Positions 9,243 through 18,179 of a stretch of DNA of 64,000 bases are shown here, one piece after another (positions within the stretch are counted from its first letter, which is position 1; every line of letters begins with the position of its first letter). Below the pieces are notes generated by a model. It was not told where the DNA came from, made no database searches, and saw only the letters and a program-made list of their open reading frames with translations. The DNA is taken from contig CAXXGI010000002.1 in assembly GCA_963674695.2 (NCBI GenBank), positions 1 to 64,000 on the forward strand, in the 5' to 3' direction. Position numbers and translations under genes: made by a program. Origin of the DNA: a bacterium (GTDB lineage: Bacteria; UBA10199; 2-02-FULL-44-16; JAAZCA01).

Positions 9243-10241
9243 ATGGGCGTCGATGAGCTGACCCAACGATACTACTATGACTGCGACACGCTTGGGCTTA
9301 ATCGATTCAAGCGTGATTGCCGCAAGAAGATCGATACATGCGATCGCCTCGCCCAGATGCACGCGACCACATTTCTTGTCGGCTCGGATGAACTCGATCA
9401 TCCCCTCGCGCTGGATTCTCGCGAGGCATGCATGAGCTGGGTCTGGCGCGTCATGAAGCGGTATCATAGCGGCGTCACGGTGAAGGGGAAGGGTTTTCAG
9501 AAACCGAAACCAAAAGCAGAACCGAAGCCGCCTTGCATCGGCGATTTCATTCACGACATCGAAGACACCTTTTTTCTCTTCACGGCCTTTCGCAAGCCGA
9601 TCTATCGATTGATCGAAGTCTGGGACGAAATGAAGACGACCGAGACCAACCGCATCGCCGCCATCGACGTCCTGCGCAAACAACGCGATCGCACGTTCAA
9701 CAAGTATCCCCCGTTCGAGATGTATGCAGCGGGTCTCGTCCTGGGCGATGAAACGGTCTCCACCGACAAGGCGCGTCGTTTCTTCATCCAGGCCCGTCAG
9801 GTCGACAGCGATTACTACCAGCAGGGGGTGAGCACGGCGCTTGCCTGGCGCGTTCGCTACGGAGCGCACAAGGGAAAGACGATCAAGGATCTGGTGGGCG
9901 TCTCCGCCACCCCTCCTCCCTGCGAACTGACCAAAATCGATTTTGCGACCGGCGCCGCGCTGAGCACGGAGGCCAAAAAGATCCTCGACGCCAACATCAT
10001 GTGCCTGGAAGCGCTCGCCTATCCGAAGGTCACGATCACCGGCCACTCCGATCATTCGGGGTCGACGGATGCGAGCATGCGGATGTCGCGCCGACGCGCT
10101 ACAGCCGTGGAGCGCTATTTCAGGGCACACGGCGTCCCGCCGGAGACGATCACCGTCGAGGCCAAGGGGGAGACTGAATTGGATCAACGGTTTTCTCCGG
10201 ATTCAACGATGCAGCGCCGCGTCGAGATGGTGATCGAATAG
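9243..10241 (+). CDS. Protein with a C-terminal OmpA-like peptidoglycan-binding domain and no signal peptide
   Basis: IDFATG...ITGHSDHSGS...MSRRRATAVERYF...AKGE...RRVE; Cys-rich, hydrophilic N-terminus. Confidence 0.82.
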   Translation: MGVDELTQRYYYDCDTLGLNRFKRDCRKKIDTCDRLAQMHATTFLVGSDELDHPLALDSREACMSWVWRVMKRYHSGVTVKGKGFQKPKPKAEPKPPCIGDFIHDIEDTFFLFTAFRKPIYRLIEVWDEMKTTETNRIAAIDVLRKQRDRTFNKYPPFEMYAAGLVLGDETVSTDKARRFFIQARQVDSDYYQQGVSTALAWRVRYGAHKGKTIKDLVGVSATPPPCELTKIDFATGAALSTEAKKILDANIMCLEALAYPKVTITGHSDHSGSTDASMRMSRRRATAVERYFRAHGVPPETITVEAKGETELDQRFSPDSTMQRRVEMVIE

Positions 10242-10265
10242 AGAAAAACACCGTCATAAAATCAC

Positions 10266-10292
10266 GCAACCTTTTGGCCGACCTGACGATAT
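10266..10292 (+). promoter_or_regulatory. Sigma28-like promoter 4
   Basis: GCAACCTT-ttggccgacct-GACGATAT. Confidence 0.7.
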
Positions 10293-10329
10293 ATATGCTG
10301 CAAAAACATTTTCTTTCAGGAGGGGTCGT

Positions 10330-11094
10330 ATGGGCGCAGACAAAGTCCTTCGAACACAGCTCAAACGGTGCGCTTCGCTCTCGAGTGTGGAGGGGGCGAT
10401 CAAGCCGAGCGAGTGCAGAAAACACATCCGCAGCTGTAATGAAATCGATCAAAAGGGTGACAGCTCTTTCCGCATCACGACGGACGACGGATTCGATAAA
10501 ACCGTCGGATCACGAAAGGCATGCTTCTCGCAGATCTATACACAGGCCTCTCTCGGAAAGCAGGGGATCGAGGTCTCCGAGGGTGAGGAGAAATGCACGT
10601 TCAAGCGGAAGGGAAAGATCCATACCGGCTTTGGTGAGGTCTGCGAGGAGATCGCCGCGATCGAGGATGAGATCGAATCGACCCCGGACACCGTCGGGCG
10701 CACCGAGGGTGGGTCGGGTTACCAGCGCTGCATCAGCGAGGACATGAGCGATCAGCGCCGCAGCTGTCAGCGACGGAATCAAAACGTCCCCTCCTCGCGC
10801 AAGGGAAACCGTCTGCTCTGGAAGGGATCGGCATCCTGCTCTGCCGATCGCCGAGCCGCCGAGCGACGCTGCTCGCACCTCGAGCCGAAGACGATTCGTC
10901 AGGACAATACCGGCGAGAAATCAGCGCTCGAGGAGAGGCGCGACGCCCTCATCAAAAAGCTCCCCAGCAAGAAACTCAAGACAACAAAGAAGAAGCGTCG
11001 GAGGAAGCGCCGAGCCGAGTTCGCTCCGATGACACCCCCCACGCATGCGCTCGCCCGTCTGTATGAAGGGATAAAGACAGCGTTGTTCGGCTAG
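10330..11094 (+). CDS. Cys-rich basic hypothetical protein
   Basis: AGGAGG RBS; N-terminus resembles that of the upstream OmpA-domain protein (CRKxIxxC). Confidence 0.7.
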   Translation: MGADKVLRTQLKRCASLSSVEGAIKPSECRKHIRSCNEIDQKGDSSFRITTDDGFDKTVGSRKACFSQIYTQASLGKQGIEVSEGEEKCTFKRKGKIHTGFGEVCEEIAAIEDEIESTPDTVGRTEGGSGYQRCISEDMSDQRRSCQRRNQNVPSSRKGNRLLWKGSASCSADRRAAERRCSHLEPKTIRQDNTGEKSALEERRDALIKKLPSKKLKTTKKKRRRKRRAEFAPMTPPTHALARLYEGIKTALFG

Positions 11095-11171
11095 GAGCCT
11101 GTCGGAAAACCCGCACACAATGCCCCCTCTGCCCTATTTGGACAGAGGGGGATTTTATTGTGATCGCCCAC

Positions 11172-11198
11172 GCAACTTTTGAAATTTTCAGCCGATAA
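11172..11198 (+). promoter_or_regulatory. Sigma28-like promoter 5 (canonical -10)
   Basis: GCAACTTT-tgaaattttca-GCCGATAA. Confidence 0.78.
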
Positions 11199-11231
11199 TA
11201 AGAGTAGAGGGGCTGTTGACGGGAGGCCAGA

Positions 11232-11405
11232 ATGCTCGCACCGGAGATCATCGATCGCATCCGCCGTGAACGCGAGGAACGCTTCGAGCGCGACCGCCCC
11301 GCGCTCCAGCTCCCGCTGGAGGTCGAACGCCTCCCCGCACCGCACAGCGATGAGCCCCCCCGCACCGAGGAACCCTCGCGCGCGATCGTGATCGATCTGG
11401 CGTAA
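11232..11405 (+). CDS. 57-aa small protein [30 protein letters not shown]...RAIVIDLA
   Basis: Absent from the ORF track. GGAGG RBS, its own promoter and a downstream terminator. Confidence 0.7.
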   Translation: MLAPEIIDRIRREREERFERDRPALQLPLEVERLPAPHSDEPPRTEEPSRAIVIDLA

Positions 11406-11425
11406 GCCAATACCTCGATTGATAC

Positions 11426-11460
11426 AGAAAGGGTCGGCAGAGATGCCGACCCTTTTTTAT
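11426..11460. terminator. Bidirectional intrinsic terminator
   Basis: AAAGGGTCGGCA-GAGA-TGCCGACCCTTTTTT. Confidence 0.8.
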
Positions 11461-11477
11461 TTCATGTGCCCTGTCAC

Positions 11478-13553
11478 CTACATCAGCAGCGGTGAGATCA
11501 CGAGCGAGAGGACGCTCATGAGCTTGATCAGGATATTGAGCGAGGGGCCGGCGGTATCCTTGAAGGGATCGCCAACGGTATCGCCGGTGACGGCCGCCGC
11601 ATGCCGCGCGCTCCCCTTGCCGGTTCCTGCCTCGGCATCCTTGGCCTCGCCCTCAATCTGCTTTTTGGCATTGTCCCAGGCACCGCCGGAGTTGGACATG
11701 AAGATGGCCATCATCACACCGGAGACGGTCACGCCAGCGAGCAGACCCCCGAGTGCGGAAGCATCCCCCCAGATCGCCTTCGAGCCGAACCCGACGACGA
11801 TCGGCGTGAGGATTGCCAGCGCCCCCGGCAGGATCATCTGCTTGATCGCTGCGGCGGTGGAGATGTCGACACAACGCGCATAGTCGGCGCGTGCGGTCCC
11901 TTCCATGAGTCCCGCGATCTCACGGAACTGACGACGGACCTCCTCGATCATCTCGTTGGCCGCACGCCCCACCGCCTTGAGCGCCATGGAGCTGAAGAGG
12001 AACGGCAACATACCGCCGATGAGCAGCCCCGCCATCACATCGGGACGGGTGAGGTCGAGCACGTTCAGGCCCGACTGCTCGCGAAAGGCGGCGAAGAGGG
12101 AAAGCGCGGTGAGTGCAGCCGAACCGATGGCGAACCCCTTTCCGATCGCGGCGGTCGTGTTGCCGACGGAATCGAGCGCGTCAGTCCGCTTGCGAACCTC
12201 TTCGCCCAAGCCGCTCATCTCCGTCACACCACCGGCGTTATCGGCGATCGGCCCGTAGGCGTCGACGGCGAGCTGAATGCCGGTCGTGGAGAGCATGCCG
12301 AAGGCGGCGATGGCGATGCCGTAGAGACCCGCGAGCTGATAGCTGAGCAAGATGGCGATGGCGATAGCAATCAGCGGCAACGCGGTGGAACGCATGCCGA
12401 CGGAGAGCCCGGCGATGATATTGGTCGCAGCGCCCGTCTTGGAAGCGGTCACGATCTCTTCGACCGGTGCCTTATTCATCGCGCAGTAGTGCTCGGTGAT
12501 GAGCCCAACCGCCACACCGGCAGCGAGCCCCACGACGACCGCGCCCCAGATCTGTACCGGAGCGATCATCTGGCCGGCCAACACCACGCCGCCCGGGAGC
12601 ACCGCGGCGATCACCGGATAGGCCGCACCGACGAAGAGAATGGCGGCGAGAAAGGTCCCGATGTTGAGTGCGGTCTGCGGATTGCCGCCCTCCTTGGTGC
12701 GCACGAAGAAAGTCCCGATGATCGAAACGACGATGCCGATCGCGGCGAGCGCCAGCGGCAGCGTCACGGCGGCCAGCCCACCCGAAACGCCGAGGATCAT
12801 GGCGGAGACGAGGGCACCGACATATGATTCAAAGAGATCGGCACCCATGCCACAGACATCGCCGACGTTGTCGCCGACGTTATCGGCGATCGTGGCCGGG
12901 TTGCGCGGATCGTCCTCGGGGATGTTCTTTTCGACTTTACCGACCAGATCCGCGCCGACATCCGCCGCCTTCGTATAGATGCCGCCACCCACGCGCGCGA
13001 AGAGCGCGATGGAAGATGCGCCAAACGAGAAGCCGGCGACGATGGGAAGCACCGTTCCCTTGAGCGCGATCGTGTGCGATTCGAAGAGCGCAATAAAGAG
13101 GAGGAAGAGCGCGCCCAAACCCAGAACGCCCAGTCCCACCACGCACAATCCCATCACGGCGCCACCGCGGAAGGCGACGGTGAGCGCTCGGTTGAGACTC
13201 TCACGCGCGGCGTTGGCCGTGCGCACGTTGGCCAGCGTCGCCACGCGCATGCCGAGAAAACCGGCCAGCGCCGAACAGAATGCGCCGACGACGAAGGAGA
13301 CCGCGACGAGCTTGACCGCCCCCTCGTTGACGAAGGCGAATATAATCGCCACGACGACGACGAAGATGGCCAGCACCTTGTACTCGCGCGTGATGAAGGC
13401 CATGGCCCCCTCGCGAATCGCGAGCGCGACTTCGCGCATCTTCTCGGTCCCCGCGTCCTGTTTCTTGACGTTCGCGGCGAGAAGTCCCGCATAGATGAGG
13501 GCGGTGGCGGCCATGCCGAGGGCAAGCCAGACGATCAACAGTTCGGTCTGCAT
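11478..13553 (-). CDS. hppA: Membrane-bound ion-translocating pyrophosphatase, K+-dependent, probably Na+-pumping
   Basis: [41 protein letters not shown] and [11 protein letters not shown]. Confidence 0.95.
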   Translation of the reverse strand: MQTELLIVWLALGMAATALIYAGLLAANVKKQDAGTEKMREVALAIREGAMAFITREYKVLAIFVVVVAIIFAFVNEGAVKLVAVSFVVGAFCSALAGFLGMRVATLANVRTANAARESLNRALTVAFRGGAVMGLCVVGLGVLGLGALFLLFIALFESHTIALKGTVLPIVAGFSFGASSIALFARVGGGIYTKAADVGADLVGKVEKNIPEDDPRNPATIADNVGDNVGDVCGMGADLFESYVGALVSAMILGVSGGLAAVTLPLALAAIGIVVSIIGTFFVRTKEGGNPQTALNIGTFLAAILFVGAAYPVIAAVLPGGVVLAGQMIAPVQIWGAVVVGLAAGVAVGLITEHYCAMNKAPVEEIVTASKTGAATNIIAGLSVGMRSTALPLIAIAIAILLSYQLAGLYGIAIAAFGMLSTTGIQLAVDAYGPIADNAGGVTEMSGLGEEVRKRTDALDSVGNTTAAIGKGFAIGSAALTALSLFAAFREQSGLNVLDLTRPDVMAGLLIGGMLPFLFSSMALKAVGRAANEMIEEVRRQFREIAGLMEGTARADYARCVDISTAAAIKQMILPGALAILTPIVVGFGSKAIWGDASALGGLLAGVTVSGVMMAIFMSNSGGAWDNAKKQIEGEAKDAEAGTGKGSARHAAAVTGDTVGDPFKDTAGPSLNILIKLMSVLSLVISPLLM

Positions 13554-13574
13554 ACGAAAATCCTCCTTTGATGA

Positions 13575-13706
13575 AGGCTAGTCAGGCTAGTCAGGCTAGT
13601 CAGGCTAGTCAGGCTAGTCAGGCTAGTCAGGCAAAAAACGAACGCTTCTCAAACAATATTGTCAACCTGTCTAGCTTGACTGGCTTTTCTCGCCTGACTC
13701 ACTCAA
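13575..13706. repeat. 9-bp tandem repeat (AGGCTAGTC)x6 followed by a degenerate inverted arm
   Basis: Six perfect units at 13575-13628; CTAGCTTGACTGGCT and GCCTGACTC lie downstream. Confidence 0.85.
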
Positions 13707-13747
13707 TCAGCGCAGTCCTCTAACAATGTCGGCCAACAAACGCAAGC

Positions 13748-14155
13748 CTACAGGAGAAAGAGGCAGACGAACGAGAAGACCGCATAGGTCTCCGGCATGG
13801 CTGCGGCGACGATGCCGTTGCCGAGCGTGTTGCGCTCCTCGCCGATGGCCCGCACGCCGGCCGCACAGACCTTGCCCTGATAGATGGCGCTGATGAAACA
13901 GGCCACGCCGACGAGCAGCAGAAGCCCCCCGATAGCAGGGTTCTGCGCGAAGGCGTCCTTCTTGAGGATACCGCCGAGCAGGGAGTAGATCCCCTGCGTG
14001 GAGGGGAGCACGGCCAGCGGCAGGACCGCGAAGAACTGCTTCTGCCCGATGCCGAGCGCCGCCTGAAAGGCGACCGAGAGCCCCCACGCGGAACCGGCCA
14101 GCCCCAGGGCCACGCCGAGGTAAAAACAAATGTTCATCGTACTGTTGAGATCCAT
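13748..14155 (-). CDS. ntpK: V/A-type ATPase subunit K (4-TM proteolipid)
   Basis: LPSTQGIY, SAIYQGKV and MPETYA; GGAGG RBS before ATG 14155. Confidence 0.88.
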   Translation of the reverse strand: MDLNSTMNICFYLGVALGLAGSAWGLSVAFQAALGIGQKQFFAVLPLAVLPSTQGIYSLLGGILKKDAFAQNPAIGGLLLLVGVACFISAIYQGKVCAAGVRAIGEERNTLGNGIVAAAMPETYAVFSFVCLFLL

Positions 14156-14171
14156 CGACTCCTCCTTTTTC

Positions 14172-14311
14172 GTAAACAGTGAACAGTAAACAGTAAACGG
14201 TAAACAGTGAACAGTGAACAGTGAACAGTGAACAGTGAACACAATCGTAGCATATTCTCAAATTCACCGTTTACCGTTCACCGTTTACGGTTCACGGTTT
14301 CACCGTTTCAC
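14172..14311. repeat. 7-bp tandem repeat (GTRAACR)x10 plus an inverted arm (CGTTYAC)n
   Basis: Direct arm at 14172-14241; inverted arm at 14263-14311. Confidence 0.9.
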
Positions 14312-16060
14312 CAACGGCCGATAGGGCGCGCCGGTCAACTCCACACATTTGGGCAGGGCCTCAACGGCATGGAGACGGGCCGGATGCACCAGTGCCCCGA
14401 TGATACCGATCGCAAAGTTGAAGGCGTGCCCCCCCGCCAAGACCAGGATCGCCAGGACGATCCCGACCACGGGCACCGCGTCGCGCACCTGCCCGGCGAG
14501 CATGTTGACCACCGAGGCGATCGCACCGGAGGCCAGGCCCAGACCGAAGAGTCGCGCATACGACATCACATCCCCCAGAAGCCCGGTCAGTCCATAGATG
14601 TTCCAGAGTCCAAGCCCTACGCGGGCGAAAGGATTCTTCGCCTCGGCCGAGAAGAAGAGGATCGCGCCGAGGCCAGCGCCGAGCAGGAGATACCAGTGCG
14701 GCATCTTGAGGACGGCGAGCACCCCACCCCAGAGGACGGCGACCATGCCGAGCTTGGCGATGCGTTGCCCCCAGGTGGCCGCACCGGCAAAGGCCATGAA
14801 GAAAGCGACGGTCAGGTGCAGGATGCCCAGGCCCACCGCAATCTTGAAGAGCAGCATCGGATCGCCCGAACTGGAAGAGACGTCCAGCAGAATCCAGGAA
14901 CGGTCGTGAAAGGCATAGCCGAAGACCCCGCCGGTGAGGATCCCCCATATAATAGTAGCAATGCCGAAGAGCAGCGTCATGTTCGCCACGGGGATGATCC
15001 CGGGCACGCGTCCGCGCAGGAATCGACGCAGCACCCAGGAGGCCAGGAGCATGAGCAGACCGTAGCCCGCATCCCCCAGGCAGATGCCGAAGAAGAGCAT
15101 CATAAACGGCGCGAAGAAGAGCGCGGGATCGAGGCCGCGATAGCGGGGCTGGCCCAGCAGGTGCAGGAGCGGCTCGAAGGTGCGCACGAACCAGGTGTTG
15201 CGCGTCTTGACCGGCGGCGTCTCTTCGGGCAAGGGATCGCGCGCCTCGACGATGACCGGCGTGGGAAAGGTGCGCAGCCCCTCCTTCACGGATTCCACCT
15301 CCGGCTCGGGGACCCATCCGGCGAACGCACGGAGCCATTCATTGCCGAAGGCCCGTTCGAGCACGACGGTGAAGTGGTGTTCCTGATGAAAGCGATCATT
15401 CTCCGCCGTGAGCGTCGGCAAAAATCGCGCCGCGCCCTTGAGCAGCTGAGCCATCTCGGTCTGTTGTCCGCGTAGCTCGTCGCGCTCGGCGATGAGTTCG
15501 CACAGCGGCTGATCCGGAAGCGCAACCGATTCGGCGCGATCGATCGCCAGCGCTTTCCCCTGCACGATGGTACAAAAGCTCATCCGCTTCCCGCGCACGA
15601 CCACCTGCACCACCGCCCCCTCGGGCGCACGCCAGGCAGCAAACGGCTTTCGCTCCATCTGCCAGAGCTGCACCTGCATGCCGTTTTCCGAAAGGGTGCG
15701 GATGTCATTCGGATCGAACGATCCCCAGGGAGACTGCTGTGTGATCTGCCGATCCAGCCGAGCGAGCTGCTCGCTCAATCGCCGCTCCTGGCCGATCCAG
15801 CCATGGATCTCGACGTAGCTGGGCGACGCCTCATCCGGCCCGGGCGGGGGGGCCTTCGTCTTCCACTTCTGATCGAGGTCACGCAGGACTGCGCGCTGCA
15901 CATGCAGCGCCCCTTCGATCTTATTGATGCGCTCGCTCTCGCGCTCATCGCGCAGGTGCTCCGGATGGAGCACGCCCAACTCCTGCAGCCGACGCAGGAG
16001 CGCCTCGCCCTCCCGGGCGAGGGTCGCAACGATCACGCGTTTCATCGGTACGATTGCCAT
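14300..16060 (-). CDS. ntpI: V/A-type ATPase subunit I
   Basis: FFGICLGDAGYG, GDVMSYARLFGLGL and HPARLHAVE. Confidence 0.92.
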   Translation of the reverse strand: MAIVPMKRVIVATLAREGEALLRRLQELGVLHPEHLRDERESERINKIEGALHVQRAVLRDLDQKWKTKAPPPGPDEASPSYVEIHGWIGQERRLSEQLARLDRQITQQSPWGSFDPNDIRTLSENGMQVQLWQMERKPFAAWRAPEGAVVQVVVRGKRMSFCTIVQGKALAIDRAESVALPDQPLCELIAERDELRGQQTEMAQLLKGAARFLPTLTAENDRFHQEHHFTVVLERAFGNEWLRAFAGWVPEPEVESVKEGLRTFPTPVIVEARDPLPEETPPVKTRNTWFVRTFEPLLHLLGQPRYRGLDPALFFAPFMMLFFGICLGDAGYGLLMLLASWVLRRFLRGRVPGIIPVANMTLLFGIATIIWGILTGGVFGYAFHDRSWILLDVSSSSGDPMLLFKIAVGLGILHLTVAFFMAFAGAATWGQRIAKLGMVAVLWGGVLAVLKMPHWYLLLGAGLGAILFFSAEAKNPFARVGLGLWNIYGLTGLLGDVMSYARLFGLGLASGAIASVVNMLAGQVRDAVPVVGIVLAILVLAGGHAFNFAIGIIGALVHPARLHAVEALPKCVELTGAPYRPLVKR

Positions 16061-16063
16061 AAC

Positions 16064-16657
16064 CTATGCCATCTCCGACGTGTGTTGCTGGCCGATGCGT
16101 TCGGCCTGGGCGATCTTGGCCACGATCACGGAGGAGCGCTCGCCATCCTCGAGGCGACCGCGGATGTACCGGATGTCGGCCTGCGCATCCGGAATCAATC
16201 GTTTCTCAAAGAGATTGATGCGCTGCGTGGTGACGATGAGCTCTTCGTTCAAGATCTCGAGGGCGCGCTCCTTGTAGCGCAGCTGCTCGCGCGCCTCGAT
16301 CAGCTCGCGAGAGAGGGCCGTGAAGGCGTCGAAGGAGGGCGGCGTGGCGAAGAGGCTGTAGCGCACCGGATGAAAATGAACGACATCGACGACGGTGAGC
16401 ATGACGCCGGCGATGTTGACCTCCTCGGTCTCCACGCGATCGACGGTGACGATTCTCTCGATCTCCGGATAGGGACTCTGCGCCATCCTCCGATCGAGCC
16501 CCTCGACACGCGCGATGAGTTCTTCCAATTCCTCTTCCCAGTTCAGGATTTCGCGATTGAGCTGCTTGCGACGCAGGTCGAGGGTGGGCACCGCACGCGA
16601 GAGTTTGTCCACGCGCAGCTTGAGAATGCGTACCTGCCCTTTGGAAACGGTCGGCAT
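16064..16657 (-). CDS. ntpD: V/A-type ATPase subunit D
   Basis: PTLDLRRKQL and TTQRINLFEKRLIP. Confidence 0.9.
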   Translation of the reverse strand: MPTVSKGQVRILKLRVDKLSRAVPTLDLRRKQLNREILNWEEELEELIARVEGLDRRMAQSPYPEIERIVTVDRVETEEVNIAGVMLTVVDVVHFHPVRYSLFATPPSFDAFTALSRELIEAREQLRYKERALEILNEELIVTTQRINLFEKRLIPDAQADIRYIRGRLEDGERSSVIVAKIAQAERIGQQHTSEMA

Positions 16658-16676
16658 CTCCAGCCTCCCGATCACT

Positions 16677-16790
16677 CACTTCGTTCGCTTAGACGAAGGG
16701 CGATCGTTCACTTCGTTCACGAAGGCGAAGGGTGAAAAATCTTTTTCGTCCCTCACCCTTCACCCTTCGCTTCTCGCCCTTCATCCTTTG
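16677..16790. repeat. Degenerate 7-bp repeats (CACCCTT/CGCCCTT, with inverted GAAGGGY) at the B-D junction
   Basis: CCTCACCCTTCACCCTTCGCTTCTCGCCCTTCATCCTT overlaps the 3' end of subunit B. Confidence 0.6.
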
Positions 16791-18105
16791 TCGTCACCTC
16801 GCGTGGCTTGTAATACTGATCGAGCAGCTCCTCCTTGATGCGCAGGACGCGTCGCGGGAGGATGCCGATGAGCTTCCAGCCGAGATCGAGCGTCTGATCC
16901 ATGGTCAGATCCTGATCGGCCGGGAGAAAGCGTTCCTCGAATTCGTCGGCAAAGGCCAGATAAGCCAGGTCGACTTCGTCGGTGATCGAAAAACCCATCT
17001 CGCGCTGTTCGCGCAAGCTGAGTGCGTTGGCATAGGCCGAGATGCAGGCGTCCATGATGGGACCGTGATCGGGGCGCGTCTCCTTGCCGACGACCAGACC
17101 CTTCAGGCGCGACAGACACTTCATGACGACGAACTTGCCGCGCTCGACCGGCAGCTGCCCCTCGGTGATGTAGCCGGTGAGATTGGCCACGATATGGGAG
17201 AGGTCGTTGTCCGGAACGGAGTTCACGCCGATGATCGTCACCGACCCACGATCGCCCCCGAAGTTGACCGCGCGCTCGTAGATGCGCGCAAGCTTCGAGT
17301 AGAGGTCGCCCGGATAGCCGTCGCGACTCGGAATCTTGCCCTGCGCATTGGAGACCTCCATGAGCGCATCGGCATAGCGCAGCATGTCGGTGATGACCAC
17401 GAGCACGTGCTGGCCGATGAGGGCGAGCTGCTCGGCGAACGCACAGCAGATGTGCGGGACGTTTAAGCGCTCGATCGGCGATTCGCTGCCGAGGTTGACG
17501 CACATGATCGTGCGCTCGGCCGCCTCCTCGAGGACATCGCGGAAGAAGAGGTACTCCTCGTTCAAGAGCCCCAAGCCCCCAAAGACGACGCTGAAGTTCT
17601 CCTGTCCCGCCACGCGCGCCTGTCGAATGATGCGCGCGACGATGCCGTTGATGTCTTCGCCGGGGAGCTTGTAGATCGGAATCTTCTGCCCGCGCACGAT
17701 CGTGTTGGCGCCATCGATGGCTGGGATGCCGGTCTCGATATAGCCCTGCCCCATCGCGCGGCGCGCGGGGTTGACCACCGGGCCCTCCACCGGGATCTCA
17801 ACCCCCTGAATTTCGGGACGACCGTCGCGCGGACGTCCGATGCCATCGAAGACGCGCCCCATGACGAGCTCCGGATCGAAAGGGAGCTCGAAGGGGTGGC
17901 CCAAGAATTCGGTGCGCTGCGTGGTGACTACGCCCAGGCTTCCGGCCAACGACTGCATGTAGACGGTGTCGCCCTGAATTTTTACGACCTTGGCATAGCC
18001 AAAACCGGGGAGCAAAGCCTCCTCGCCCATGCCGACGTCGGTGACGCCGCGCACCTGGAGGATGGGACCTTCGATATTGACGATATCCGTATAGACGATC
18101 TTCAC
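16753..18105 (-). CDS. ntpB: V/A-type ATPase subunit B
   Basis: ETGIPAIDG, RGQKIPI, GYPGDLYSKLARIYERA and TGYITEGQ. Confidence 0.92.
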   Translation of the reverse strand: MKIVYTDIVNIEGPILQVRGVTDVGMGEEALLPGFGYAKVVKIQGDTVYMQSLAGSLGVVTTQRTEFLGHPFELPFDPELVMGRVFDGIGRPRDGRPEIQGVEIPVEGPVVNPARRAMGQGYIETGIPAIDGANTIVRGQKIPIYKLPGEDINGIVARIIRQARVAGQENFSVVFGGLGLLNEEYLFFRDVLEEAAERTIMCVNLGSESPIERLNVPHICCAFAEQLALIGQHVLVVITDMLRYADALMEVSNAQGKIPSRDGYPGDLYSKLARIYERAVNFGGDRGSVTIIGVNSVPDNDLSHIVANLTGYITEGQLPVERGKFVVMKCLSRLKGLVVGKETRPDHGPIMDACISAYANALSLREQREMGFSITDEVDLAYLAFADEFEERFLPADQDLTMDQTLDLGWKLIGILPRRVLRIKEELLDQYYKPREVTTKDEGREAKGEG

Positions 18106-18127
18106 GTCACAACCTCCTCAGAAAAAC

Positions 18128-18176
18128 CGTAACTCGTAACTCGTGACTCGTGACTCGTAAACGGTGAACAGTGATC
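18128..18176. repeat. 7-bp tandem repeat (CGTRACT)x4 plus degenerate units
   Basis: CGTAACT CGTAACT CGTGACT CGTGACT CGTAAAC GGTGAAC. Confidence 0.8.
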
Positions 18177-18179
18177 CGC

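Noticed and set aside
13707-14267. ORFs or N-terminal extensions reading FTVHCSLFTVHC
   Set aside because: These are translations of the heptamer repeat; the real ntpK start with an RBS is at 14155.
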